Virus record (IMG/VR): IMGVR_UViG_3300029904_000005
Coordinates: 1 to 64,000 of that record
From: a virus
DNA: 64,000 bases
Strand: one strand, 5' to 3'
The position numbers and the translations under genes are program-made. The first letter of the stretch is position 1, and every line of letters begins with the position of its first letter. Positions 1 through 7,069 of this stretch are shown here, piece after piece. The notes below the pieces were generated by a model. That model was not told where the DNA came from and ran no database searches. It was given only the letters and a program-made list of their open reading frames with translations.

Positions 1-72
1 TATTATGAGTTCTCATATAATGAGGAGCTTGATGTGTATGTATATACTTTTGTCAGACCTTATGATGATTGA
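1..72 (+). CDS. partial CDS (C-terminal 23 codons) running in from the window start, hypothetical
   Basis: Open frame from position 1 to TGA at 70-72; the next gene starts at 76. Not in the ORF track because it is truncated by the window edge. Confidence 0.3.
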   Translation, partial: YYEFSYNEELDVYVYTFVRPYDD

Positions 73-75
73 GCT

Positions 76-288
76 ATGGCAAGGAAACATACATTTCACC
101 GAGAGAATTGCACTAATTGCATAAGAATGTCCATAGTGGATATGCTCGGCAGAACAATAGTCCTTTCAGGTATTCATGCCTTTGAATGGCAAGTGTCCAT
201 AATTGGCAACAATAGTCTGACTATTATCAAATTTGCCAATAGGGTAGAAGCAACAAAAGAATTTAACAAATATAGAAGAAAAAGATGA
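76..288 (+). CDS. hypothetical protein (70 aa)
   Basis: ORF track entry; tightly packed with neighbours; no recognisable motif. Confidence 0.5.
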   Translation: MARKHTFHRENCTNCIRMSIVDMLGRTIVLSGIHAFEWQVSIIGNNSLTIIKFANRVEATKEFNKYRRKR

Positions 289-374
289 GTACAGAAACTA
301 TTATAACAATCATACTTGTCATTGCCTTCTTTTTGTATCTTGCATCAAAGGATAGAGAAACAAATAAAAGATAA
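285..374 (+). CDS. small hydrophobic peptide (29 aa, one predicted TM helix)
   Basis: ATG overlaps the upstream stop (ATGA). Sequence MSTETIITIILVIAFFLYLASKDRETNKR. Below the ORF-track size cutoff. Confidence 0.3.
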   Translation: MSTETIITIILVIAFFLYLASKDRETNKR

Positions 375-378
375 AATC

Positions 379-480
379 ATGGAAGAAGTAATTTATGCTC
401 CACAATATATATGTCCTAATTGTGACGAGCCTTTTGATGGACATGAATGTGAGAATTGTCATTATACAGAAGAAAGATGA
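379..480 (+). CDS. small zinc-ribbon protein (33 aa, CxxC...CxxC)
   Basis: Sequence MEEVIYAPQYICPNCDEPFDGHECENCHYTEER. Two Cys pairs, and its stop overlaps the next ATG. Confidence 0.4.
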   Translation: MEEVIYAPQYICPNCDEPFDGHECENCHYTEER

Positions 481-701
481 AGACATTCAAACTTATATGC
501 AAAGGTGTGTTACTGTATGTAACCACCTTTGTTGTCATGCTATGGATATGTGGCATTGACAGTATTGTAGAACAGGGATATTTTATACCTTGGACATTGG
601 TGATGGCTGTATTAGTATATGCTTGCTACAAATGTATATCATACAGGGAATTCAATATATTATCATTGAACAAATGGCTTACTAAAATAATGGAGAAATA
701 A
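477..701 (+). CDS. small membrane protein (74 aa)
   Basis: ORF 456..701 trimmed to the internal ATG at 477, which overlaps the upstream stop (ATGA). Two hydrophobic helices. Confidence 0.5.
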   Translation: MKTFKLICKGVLLYVTTFVVMLWICGIDSIVEQGYFIPWTLVMAVLVYACYKCISYREFNILSLNKWLTKIMEK

Positions 702-703
702 TT

Positions 704-1426
704 ATGGTACGAACAATTCATGTAGTATTTGTGGAGGATAAGACACAATATACCTCCAATTTGAAGGAACACATGTTCCTGTGTCCTTTTGACTATGTTA
801 AAGTAGGGGATTTAATCATGGACCCAAGATATACACCCTACATGCAGGTGACAAGAATTACTCCTTGTTGTGCAAGAGTACAGGAAGGTTTCACTCTGAA
901 AGACATCCAGATTGAGAGTTTGAACAAGAGGAAAATAGTAGTAACCCAAGGAAGTGATTTTGACATTGATAAAAGAAACATGGAAAGAAGAGACATTAGT
1001 GTCACTCTTGAAGAGGCAATAGAGTGGTACAACAGTGGAAATACCACACTGAGAACATTGGCATTGAATGCTTACACAAAGGATGAGCTGGAACTCAATT
1101 ATGCTCTGATTGCATCAAGAGTAAGCAAATACCGCAATGCTTTTATCATTCCTTTATGTGAAGAGAGGAAGTTCCAAGTACTTACAAAACTGGCTATTAT
1201 TGCCAATTACTTTAATAAGGATTGGAAAAAGACTGTTTGCAATACAGGATATTTCCTTGGTAATTATAACACTACCAATGGTCCTGTAGTAAACTGCTAT
1301 AATGGTGTTGGTATATACCAGCATAACACAGTACAGTATGCAGGGATTGTCTATTTCAAGAACCAAGAGGATGCTATTAAGGCAGTCAAGATTCTCGGTC
1401 CTGAAGTTAGAGAATTATTCAAGTAG
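704..1426 (+). CDS. hypothetical protein (240 aa)
   Basis: Long ORF; no recognisable motif. Confidence 0.8.
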   Translation: MVRTIHVVFVEDKTQYTSNLKEHMFLCPFDYVKVGDLIMDPRYTPYMQVTRITPCCARVQEGFTLKDIQIESLNKRKIVVTQGSDFDIDKRNMERRDISVTLEEAIEWYNSGNTTLRTLALNAYTKDELELNYALIASRVSKYRNAFIIPLCEERKFQVLTKLAIIANYFNKDWKKTVCNTGYFLGNYNTTNGPVVNCYNGVGIYQHNTVQYAGIVYFKNQEDAIKAVKILGPEVRELFK

Positions 1427-1446
1427 AAATTTATTATTAGCTTTGT

Positions 1447-1483
1447 GTAGGCTCAGTTGTGAAAACTCAGCCTACTTTTTATG
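1447..1483 (+). terminator. rho-independent terminator-like hairpin
   Basis: gtaggct...agcctac gives a 7-bp stem, followed by TTTTTAT, just after the 704..1426 stop. Confidence 0.5.
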
Positions 1484-1518
1484 CTGCCATAGCTTAATTG
1501 GATAAAACTAAAAAAAAC

Positions 1519-1602
1519 GCAGAGGTGGCAGAATGGATAATGCACCAGTCTTCTAAACTGGCTTTCTAAAAGAAAATGAGGGTTCGAATCCCTCCCTCTG
1601 TA
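1519..1602 (+). tRNA. tRNA, type II (long variable arm). Anticodon loop CUUCUAA gives anticodon UCU by hand folding; isotype uncertain.
   Basis: Acceptor gcagagg/cctctgt. 3-bp D stem with a 10-nt D loop. Anticodon stem ccagt/actgg. Variable arm tttct-aaa-agaaa with a 5-bp stem. T arm gaggg-ttcgaat-ccctc. No CCA encoded. Confidence 0.7.
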
Positions 1603-1633
1603 CAATAATAAACCATTTAAATAAGAAAATACA

Positions 1634-1939
1634 ATGAGAAAATGGACAGAAGAGGATAAGAACATCCTCCTTGAGGAAATCTCAAATGACCCAAGTAATC
1701 TACAGAATGTCTTCAGAAGAACTGCTGAGAGGACGGATAGAACCAGAGCCGCAGTTGCAACATACTGGTATCAGGTGCTTGCTCCTAAGAACAGAAATAA
1801 CAGGAGTAATACTGCATTCATGTCCTACAGTAAAGGCAGTATAAACAGCAATAGGAAAATATCCAGAGAGAATACTCAGCAGCCTGTTGTAGTAAGAAGA
1901 AGCAAATGGAGAAGAATACTTGATATACTGTTTGAGTAA
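1634..1939 (+). CDS. hypothetical protein with a Myb/SANT-like motif (101 aa)
   Basis: W-x-EED...L...RT...R...YWY spacing resembles a Myb/SANT DNA-binding repeat. Weak support. Confidence 0.45.
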   Translation: MRKWTEEDKNILLEEISNDPSNLQNVFRRTAERTDRTRAAVATYWYQVLAPKNRNNRSNTAFMSYSKGSINSNRKISRENTQQPVVVRRSKWRRILDILFE

Positions 1940-2204
1940 AGAAACTTTAATAATAAAGAGAGTGATATTAATTCCAGTGATACTGGTTCTTAATAAGGAT
2001 GGTGTAGCTCCTGTGACGCGTACTGCCTACTAACCTCCTGAGTTATCATAGAATCTTCTAGAGACTTGTCGCGAAAGTTGAAAAATAACTCTAGCTCTCT
2101 TTATTTAAATAGAAACAGTTGTGTACAATCCATAATATTTCCATGGCACTTAATATAGACTAAGATGATTTCATAGCTTTATTTTAAGTGCCATTTTCTT
2201 TTTT

Positions 2205-3011
2205 ATGAGTTGTACAAATAATAAAAAGTCATTAATTATGGAATGGAAGATAGGAGAAATATTTGAGTTTGAAGGTGAGTGGTATCAGTGCATACCAGAT
2301 ACCACTGATGATAATTGCAATAATTGCTTTTTTCAAAAGAGATGTAGCAACATCACAGGTGATTGTAGCTCAACTGCAAGAAGCGACGGTAAAAGCGTAG
2401 CTTTCAAGAAACTTGAAAAGATAGGAGAACCTTATAAATTAGGCAAAGTGCTAATTCAACAATATCAGGGACTTGCTCCTGTAATATTACCTAAAAATTC
2501 GGAGTGCTCAAACATTTTTAGGGTAATTAGTAGCATAAACGTTATTGAGATAGAAATCAAACAACCCCAAGAAAATATGGAAGAATATAGAATGCATGAT
2601 GCAAAAGAAGATATTCCCGAATTTGACAAAGTTGTTGACGAGTGTCTATTTGGCGAGGATAAACTAAACTTAAAGCCGTTTGACCTTGAAGCAGCTAAAG
2701 CAGGTAAACCCGTCTGCACAAGGGATGGAAGAAATGCAAGAATTATTTGCTTTGATGCTAAATGTGCAGATACACCAATTATAGCTTTAGTATCACGTAA
2801 TGATGGAGAAATTTTGTTGAGGCATTATAAAGATGGTAAACTTAGTGTTGATAAAGATTCAGATGCTGACCTCATGATGCTCTCTGAAAAGAAAGAGGGT
2901 TGGATTGTCGTTAGACGAAGTGATATCTACGAGAATGAAGAGGAAGCCAGAGAGACATTGCTTAACTCTTACGAGGCAATGATGCTTAGGAATATAACAT
3001 GGGAGGAATAA
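2205..3011 (+). CDS. hypothetical protein (268 aa), Cys-rich N-terminus
   Basis: Long ORF; N-terminal CxxxxxxxCxxC cluster. Confidence 0.8.
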   Translation: MSCTNNKKSLIMEWKIGEIFEFEGEWYQCIPDTTDDNCNNCFFQKRCSNITGDCSSTARSDGKSVAFKKLEKIGEPYKLGKVLIQQYQGLAPVILPKNSECSNIFRVISSINVIEIEIKQPQENMEEYRMHDAKEDIPEFDKVVDECLFGEDKLNLKPFDLEAAKAGKPVCTRDGRNARIICFDAKCADTPIIALVSRNDGEILLRHYKDGKLSVDKDSDADLMMLSEKKEGWIVVRRSDIYENEEEARETLLNSYEAMMLRNITWEE

Positions 3012-3014
3012 ATT

Positions 3015-3191
3015 ATGTGGATAGCAAGAGATTTTGATAACAGTTTGTGGCTTTTTACTGATAAACCATATAAAGATGACTTTAGGTGGCGGTTGCCTAT
3101 TGGTGATGGACGTTGCCAACCATTACTTGAATGTTTGTTTCCTGAAGTAAAATGGGAAGATGAAGAACCAAGAGAATTAATACTGAAGTAA
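3015..3191 (+). CDS. small hypothetical protein (58 aa)
   Basis: Good RBS (ggaggaataaattATG). Its stop overlaps the next ATG (TAATG). Confidence 0.35.
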   Translation: MWIARDFDNSLWLFTDKPYKDDFRWRLPIGDGRCQPLLECLFPEVKWEDEEPRELILK

Positions 3192-3361
3192 TGGACACTA
3201 AAGAGTTATATGTGGAGAAGTACAGAGACTTTATTATTGTCAAAACAGTGATTCCTAATATTCCTTGGGCAGTTTACACTGAGTCCGGACAATTTGTGGC
3301 AACTTTTTTATCTAAATTTTCGGCAATGGCTTTTATTGATTTAAGTTATAAAGAGAAATAA
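3191..3361 (+). CDS. small hypothetical protein (56 aa)
   Basis: Translationally coupled to its neighbours (overlapping stop and start). Confidence 0.35.
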   Translation: MDTKELYVEKYRDFIIVKTVIPNIPWAVYTESGQFVATFLSKFSAMAFIDLSYKEK

Positions 3362-3362
3362 T

Positions 3363-3560
3363 ATGGCATGGGTAGCGACAGATAAGGACGGTACTGAGAA
3401 AATATTTCCTTTTCAGCCCTATAGAGTAACAGATTATTGGACCTGTTCTATGTATATGTTTTTATCTGGGCCTATTCAACTACCAAAAGGTTCCATTAAG
3501 AAACTTATTGGAAGAAATCTCACATGGAAAGATGAATTTGTTGAACTTAAAGAAGAATAG
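3363..3560 (+). CDS. hypothetical protein (65 aa)
   Basis: ORF track entry; tight packing with neighbours. Confidence 0.5.
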   Translation: MAWVATDKDGTEKIFPFQPYRVTDYWTCSMYMFLSGPIQLPKGSIKKLIGRNLTWKDEFVELKEE

Positions 3561-3562
3561 TT

Positions 3563-4042
3563 ATGAATGAAGTTAAAATACAGATACCTGATAATTGTGA
3601 ACTCATCAAGGATGGGGACACATATATTGTGAAGGAAAAGAAACAAAGACCTCCAAGAAGTTGGGAGGAGTTCTGTGAGAGATATCCTATCAAGAAAGGA
3701 GAATCTTATATATCTATCAGTAGTAATATCTGTTCTGCAAGTTTTGATTATGTAGATAGATATTCAAAAAGTTACTGCGCCTCGAAAGAAGAAGCAGAAG
3801 CCTTTCTTGCCCTCATGCAGTTAAGGCAGTTGAGAAAGGCTTGGGTTGGTGATTGGGAACAACCTAAAGGAAAGTTTTGTGCCGGAATACTTTGTAGGGT
3901 ATATCCTACTCATGATGAAGTTGCTGTATCTTATGCTACATTTTGGACAAACATAGTTCTTTCATTCCCAACTAAAGAGATGGCTGAAGATTTCCTTAGT
4001 TGTTTCAAGGACTTATGTGAAAGGGCTAAGACTTTATTATAA
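3563..4042 (+). CDS. hypothetical protein (159 aa)
   Basis: ORF track entry; no recognisable motif. Confidence 0.75.
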   Translation: MNEVKIQIPDNCELIKDGDTYIVKEKKQRPPRSWEEFCERYPIKKGESYISISSNICSASFDYVDRYSKSYCASKEEAEAFLALMQLRQLRKAWVGDWEQPKGKFCAGILCRVYPTHDEVAVSYATFWTNIVLSFPTKEMAEDFLSCFKDLCERAKTLL

Positions 4043-4046
4043 AAAG

Positions 4047-4089
4047 TTCTCAATTTTCTTGCATAGTTGAGAATTTTTACTTATTTTTG
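4047..4089 (+). promoter_or_regulatory. terminator-like inverted repeat plus a Bacteroidetes-type -7 box (TAttTTTG) upstream of the Ro-like gene
   Basis: ttctcaa...ttgagaa is a 7-bp inverted repeat at 4047-4074. tatttttg at 4082-4089 matches the TAnnTTTG -7 consensus, 27 nt before the ATG at 4116. Confidence 0.4.
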
Positions 4090-4115
4090 CAGTGTCAAAC
4101 ATTAAAACAGAAAAG

Positions 4116-5525
4116 ATGAGCAAAGTAAATCCGTCATTAAGGAAAACCTCAAAATTTGATGAGGAAAGATTGGCTGGTGGCTCTGGTGCATTAGCAGCAA
4201 AACAGAGCAATGTGGCTCTATTAAGGAGAGCAGTACTTGCTAACCTCCTTTGGGAGAATGTGGCATATATGGATGGAATAAGGGTTGCTGAGGAAATTCA
4301 GAGACTTGTACCTCTGTGCCCTGCTGAGGAGGTATACAATATAGCCCTTGAAGCAAGGACAATGCAGAAGCTGAGACATACTCCTTTGTTCCTTGCAGTG
4401 GAGATGTGCAAGTATCCTGAGCATAAGATGTTTGTACAGGACTTGCTGCCTCAGATAATCACAAGGGCAGACATGCTCACTGACTTCTTGGCTATCTATT
4501 GGAAGGATGGTAAAAAGCCTATTGCAAATCAAGCAAAGAAAGGCCTAGCACAGGCATTCCATAATTTCAATGAGTATAAACTTGCCAAATATGACAGAGA
4601 TGCAGCTATCAAACTGAGAGATGTCATGTTCTTATGCAGACCTAAGCCAAAGAATCAGTATGAGCAGGAGTTATTTAAAAAGGTAGCAGACAGGACTCTT
4701 GCTGTGCCTGAGACATGGGAAGTGATGCTGTCTACTGGAAAGGATAAGAAAGAGTCTTGGACTAAACTTATCACTGAAGGCAAGATTGGAGGACTGGCCA
4801 TGCTGAGAAACATAGCCAATATGAGAAAGGCAAATGTGGATAGGAGAGTGATTAATGAGGGTCTTAAGAAGTTAAAGTCCTCAATGCTCCTACCTTTGGA
4901 CTTCTTGAAGGCAAACAAGATGAATCCTGAGTTTAGAGGACAAATAGAGGATGCTATGCTAAGTAGTTATGCTAATCTACCTAAGTTAAAAGGTAAGACT
5001 TTGTTTATTGTAGATGTATCAGGCTCAATGAGGGCCCCAATGTCTACTAAGTCTGGATTCAATAGGCAAGATGCAGCATGTGCTATGGCTATGTTAGCTG
5101 CCAATCAGTGTGAGGACTATGAAATAGTCTGCACTGCTGGCAATGACTATGATAGGATTGGAGCACATGAGCATATCATGTATCCTCAAAGGGGATTTGG
5201 CATCTTCTCTCAGATAGAAGATACTAGAAACAGAATTGGATATGGAGGGATATTCACAAGACAGTGCCTTGAATGGTGTGAGAAGAAATTTAAAGGGCAG
5301 AACTTTGATAGAATCATTGTATTCTCAGACTCACAGGATTGTGATTATGACACAATGAAGACTCCTAAGCCTTTTGGTACCTACAACTACATTTGTGATG
5401 TGTCTGCACATACAAAGGGTGTCAACTACAATGGTGTATGGTCTGCTGAAATAAGTGGTTTCTCAGAGCATTTTATCACATTCATTGCAGCAATGGAGGG
5501 TATTCAGAACACCTTTGAGGAATAA
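4116..5525 (+). CDS. rsr: Ro60/Rsr-like protein: TROVE-like helical region plus a C-terminal vWA domain with a MIDAS motif
   Basis: ORF 4092..5525 trimmed to the ATG at 4116. vWA MIDAS motif FIVDVSGSM. N-terminal segments RHTPLFLAV and LAMLRNIANMRKA resemble conserved Ro60 TROVE motifs as I recall them (R.PTHLF.F and LLRNLGKMTA). Size about 470 aa. Confidence 0.6.
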   Translation: MSKVNPSLRKTSKFDEERLAGGSGALAAKQSNVALLRRAVLANLLWENVAYMDGIRVAEEIQRLVPLCPAEEVYNIALEARTMQKLRHTPLFLAVEMCKYPEHKMFVQDLLPQIITRADMLTDFLAIYWKDGKKPIANQAKKGLAQAFHNFNEYKLAKYDRDAAIKLRDVMFLCRPKPKNQYEQELFKKVADRTLAVPETWEVMLSTGKDKKESWTKLITEGKIGGLAMLRNIANMRKANVDRRVINEGLKKLKSSMLLPLDFLKANKMNPEFRGQIEDAMLSSYANLPKLKGKTLFIVDVSGSMRAPMSTKSGFNRQDAACAMAMLAANQCEDYEIVCTAGNDYDRIGAHEHIMYPQRGFGIFSQIEDTRNRIGYGGIFTRQCLEWCEKKFKGQNFDRIIVFSDSQDCDYDTMKTPKPFGTYNYICDVSAHTKGVNYNGVWSAEISGFSEHFITFIAAMEGIQNTFEE

Positions 5526-5540
5526 AAAAAATAAGAGTAC

Positions 5541-5567
5541 TGTGTAGTGTTTTGTCAGACTTACTTC
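5541..5567 (+). repeat. copy A of the ~28-nt motif (gtagtgt...agacttacttc)
   Basis: Lies directly 5' of tRNA-Lys. Its terminal ACTTC forms the start of the tRNA acceptor stem. Confidence 0.5.
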
Positions 5568-5635
5568 ATTAACTAAGTGGTTATAGTACAAAACTTTTAA
5601 TTTTGATGACACAGGTTCGAGTCCTGTATGAGATT
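5563..5635 (+). tRNA. tRNA-Lys (anticodon UUU)
   Basis: 73 nt. Acceptor acttcat/atgagat (one A-C mismatch, one G-U pair). D arm acta-agtggtta-tagt. Anticodon arm caaaa-cttttaa-ttttg. Variable loop atgac. T arm acagg-ttcgagt-cctgt. Confidence 0.8.
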
Positions 5636-5691
5636 GGGGAAACCCAAGTCTGGCATTTGTTCTCACAGTACTCTTTTTGAAATAAAATATT

Positions 5692-5821
5692 GAGGAGTTA
5701 GCTCAGTTGGTAGAGCACTTAATGTACTCTGTCAAAAGTTCCACAGTAAAGTGTTGATGACAGATAGAGTTACTTCGGTCTTTTAAATCAGTGGTCATAG
5801 GTTCGAGTCCTATACTCCTCA
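5692..5821 (+). ncRNA. tRNA-like RNA (130 nt) with a 58-nt insertion between the D arm and the anticodon arm; Lys-like anticodon loop CUUUUAA
   Basis: Perfect 7-bp acceptor pairing gaggagt/actcctc across 130 nt. Canonical D arm gctc-agttggta-gagc. Canonical T arm atagg-ttcgagt-cctat with discriminator A. The insert at 5717-5774 carries repeat copy B. The anticodon stem is weak. Confidence 0.55.
5744..5776 (+). repeat. copy B of the ~28-nt motif (inside the tRNA-like insert)
   Basis: Sequence cagtaaagtgttgatgacagatagagttacttc. Confidence 0.5.
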
Positions 5822-5827
5822 CTAAAT

Positions 5828-5855
5828 GCAGTATAGTGTATAATAGACTTACTTC
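5828..5855 (+). repeat. copy C of the ~28-nt motif (intergenic)
   Basis: Sequence gcagtatagtgtataatagacttacttc. Confidence 0.5.
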
Positions 5856-5939
5856 TGCCATAGTAAATATTGAAAATTTGTTTGGGTTATTGATTTTTTT
5901 TTTCAGTCTATTAGCTTTTCTTACTGCATTTTACAATAT

Positions 5940-6064
5940 GGGGATGTAGCTTAATGGTTATAGTACTCTAATCGTTTTTCTCTGGAAGCAGTAGTGTAGA
6001 TAAGAGTTACTTCAAGCATTTAATTCGTAATTAAAATATGAAAGTTCGATTCTTTCCATCCCCA
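5940..6064 (+). ncRNA. tRNA-like RNA (125 nt) with a 54-nt insertion between the D arm and the anticodon arm; anticodon loop UUCGUAA (CGU, Thr-like)
   Basis: Perfect acceptor ggggatg/catcccc. D arm gctt-aatggtta-tagt. Perfect anticodon arm tttaa-ttcgtaa-ttaaa at 6019-6035. T arm gaaag-ttcgatt-ctttc. The insert at 5965-6018 carries repeat copy D. Confidence 0.55.
5988..6013 (+). repeat. copy D of the ~28-nt motif (inside the tRNA-like insert)
   Basis: Sequence gcagtagtgtagataagagttacttc. Confidence 0.5.
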
Positions 6065-6076
6065 CTAGAATAGACT

Positions 6077-6097
6077 GGTGCATGTAATGGCTACTTC
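6077..6097 (+). repeat. copy E (degenerate) of the motif
   Basis: Sequence ggtgcatgtaatggctacttc. Weaker match to the other copies. Confidence 0.3.
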
Positions 6098-6157
6098 AAT
6101 TATTTTAACTGCATTTGTTTGACTTTTTACACAAGAACCATTACAGAAAGTTCCGTC

Positions 6158-6194
6158 TTAGGGCTACAGTAGAAATATTGTAGCCCTTTTTTGT
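6158..6194 (+). terminator. rho-independent terminator ending the RNA cluster
   Basis: gggctaca-loop-tgtagccc gives an 8-bp stem, followed by TTTTTTG. Confidence 0.65.
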
Positions 6195-6250
6195 TTGAAT
6201 ATATTCGAAACATATACAATATCTGATTTATTAATTTTCTAAAAAAAAAG

Positions 6251-6619
6251 ATGGAAAAGAAAAAGACTGCTCTTAACAGGGCACTGAAAGAACAGCATTT
6301 TGAAATTGCTGAAACAGCCATGAAAGGTGGTGAAGAATCTGGAAGCCTAGAATATCCTGAACTGGTCAGGGGACTTGTTGAAGGATATAAGGGCAAGACT
6401 GCCCATGCACCTATTGAGGTGATTATAACAAGTTCCATCTTCCTTAATGCAAAGGAGCTGATGGGTCTTATAGAGTCACTGAAGCACACTCTTAAAATCA
6501 AGATGGTAGAGGAGCTTAGAGAGAAAGCTGAGAAGGGTGAGGCAACCCCAACAGATGTAATGGCTGCACTGATGTTGGCAGACATGATGAAAACAACAGA
6601 ACACAAAGAGGATGAATAA
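6251..6619 (+). CDS. hypothetical protein (122 aa)
   Basis: Preferred over the overlapping antisense ORF 6127..6624, whose product is Ser/Leu-rich antisense-type sequence. Same strand as neighbouring genes. Confidence 0.7.
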   Translation: MEKKKTALNRALKEQHFEIAETAMKGGEESGSLEYPELVRGLVEGYKGKTAHAPIEVIITSSIFLNAKELMGLIESLKHTLKIKMVEELREKAEKGEATPTDVMAALMLADMMKTTEHKEDE

Positions 6620-6992
6620 CACAACTAAAATCTCCCTGACCATTGAATTGGAGGGGAGCACTCTGGTACGCCAGAGTGAGCCTGAGATTATTAAATACTC
6701 AGTAACAAAAAGAGACCTTGAACCCAGTAAGAAGTGGAAAGGTAAAGATGGTCTGGAAGTAGTGAGAAAGGGTGCTTTCAAACACTATAGTGCCATTCCA
6801 AGACCTGCTTCCCAGCACATCAATATGAGCATTGAGGCATATGAATATATGACCTCAAGTGAATGTCCATACTGGTCCAGACCTAATGTGTGGAGGAAAC
6901 TGAATGAGACAGAAAGGCTTGAGGCTCACTTACAGAGAATCTGTGAGCATATGGGGGGTAAGTCTTTCACCTATGAAGTGTTAGAGGATTAA
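6612..6992 (+). CDS. hypothetical protein (126 aa)
   Basis: ORF track entry; overlapping start and stop with the upstream gene. Confidence 0.75.
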   Translation: MNNTTKISLTIELEGSTLVRQSEPEIIKYSVTKRDLEPSKKWKGKDGLEVVRKGAFKHYSAIPRPASQHINMSIEAYEYMTSSECPYWSRPNVWRKLNETERLEAHLQRICEHMGGKSFTYEVLED

Positions 6993-7009
6993 TTATCTCA
7001 GTGTAAGGG

Positions 7010-7050
7010 GAAAGGAGTATGCTGAATAAGCCTACTCCTTTCTTTTTTTT
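7010..7050 (+). terminator. rho-independent terminator
   Basis: aaaggagta-loop-tactccttt gives a 9-bp stem, followed by a T9 run. Confidence 0.65.
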
Positions 7051-7069
7051 TAGTATAAACTGATTAATC

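Noticed and set aside
1550-1556. Amber-suppressor (CUA) reading of the first tRNA anticodon loop, relevant to stop-codon recoding in crAss-like phages
   Set aside because: Placing CUA at positions 34-36 requires an anticodon stem (cagtc/ctggc) that does not pair. All long ORFs in the window are uninterrupted, so there is no evidence of recoding here.
5822-5939. Possible additional tRNA between the two tRNA-like genes
   Set aside because: No T-loop (GTTCRANYC) or acceptor pairing found. The region only carries a copy of the ~28-nt motif and a T11 run.
6127-6624. 165-aa minus-strand ORF overlapping the plus ORF 6251..6619
   Set aside because: The product is Ser/Leu/Cys-rich low-complexity sequence typical of antisense translation. 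All neighbouring genes and the terminator at 6158-6194 are on the + strand.
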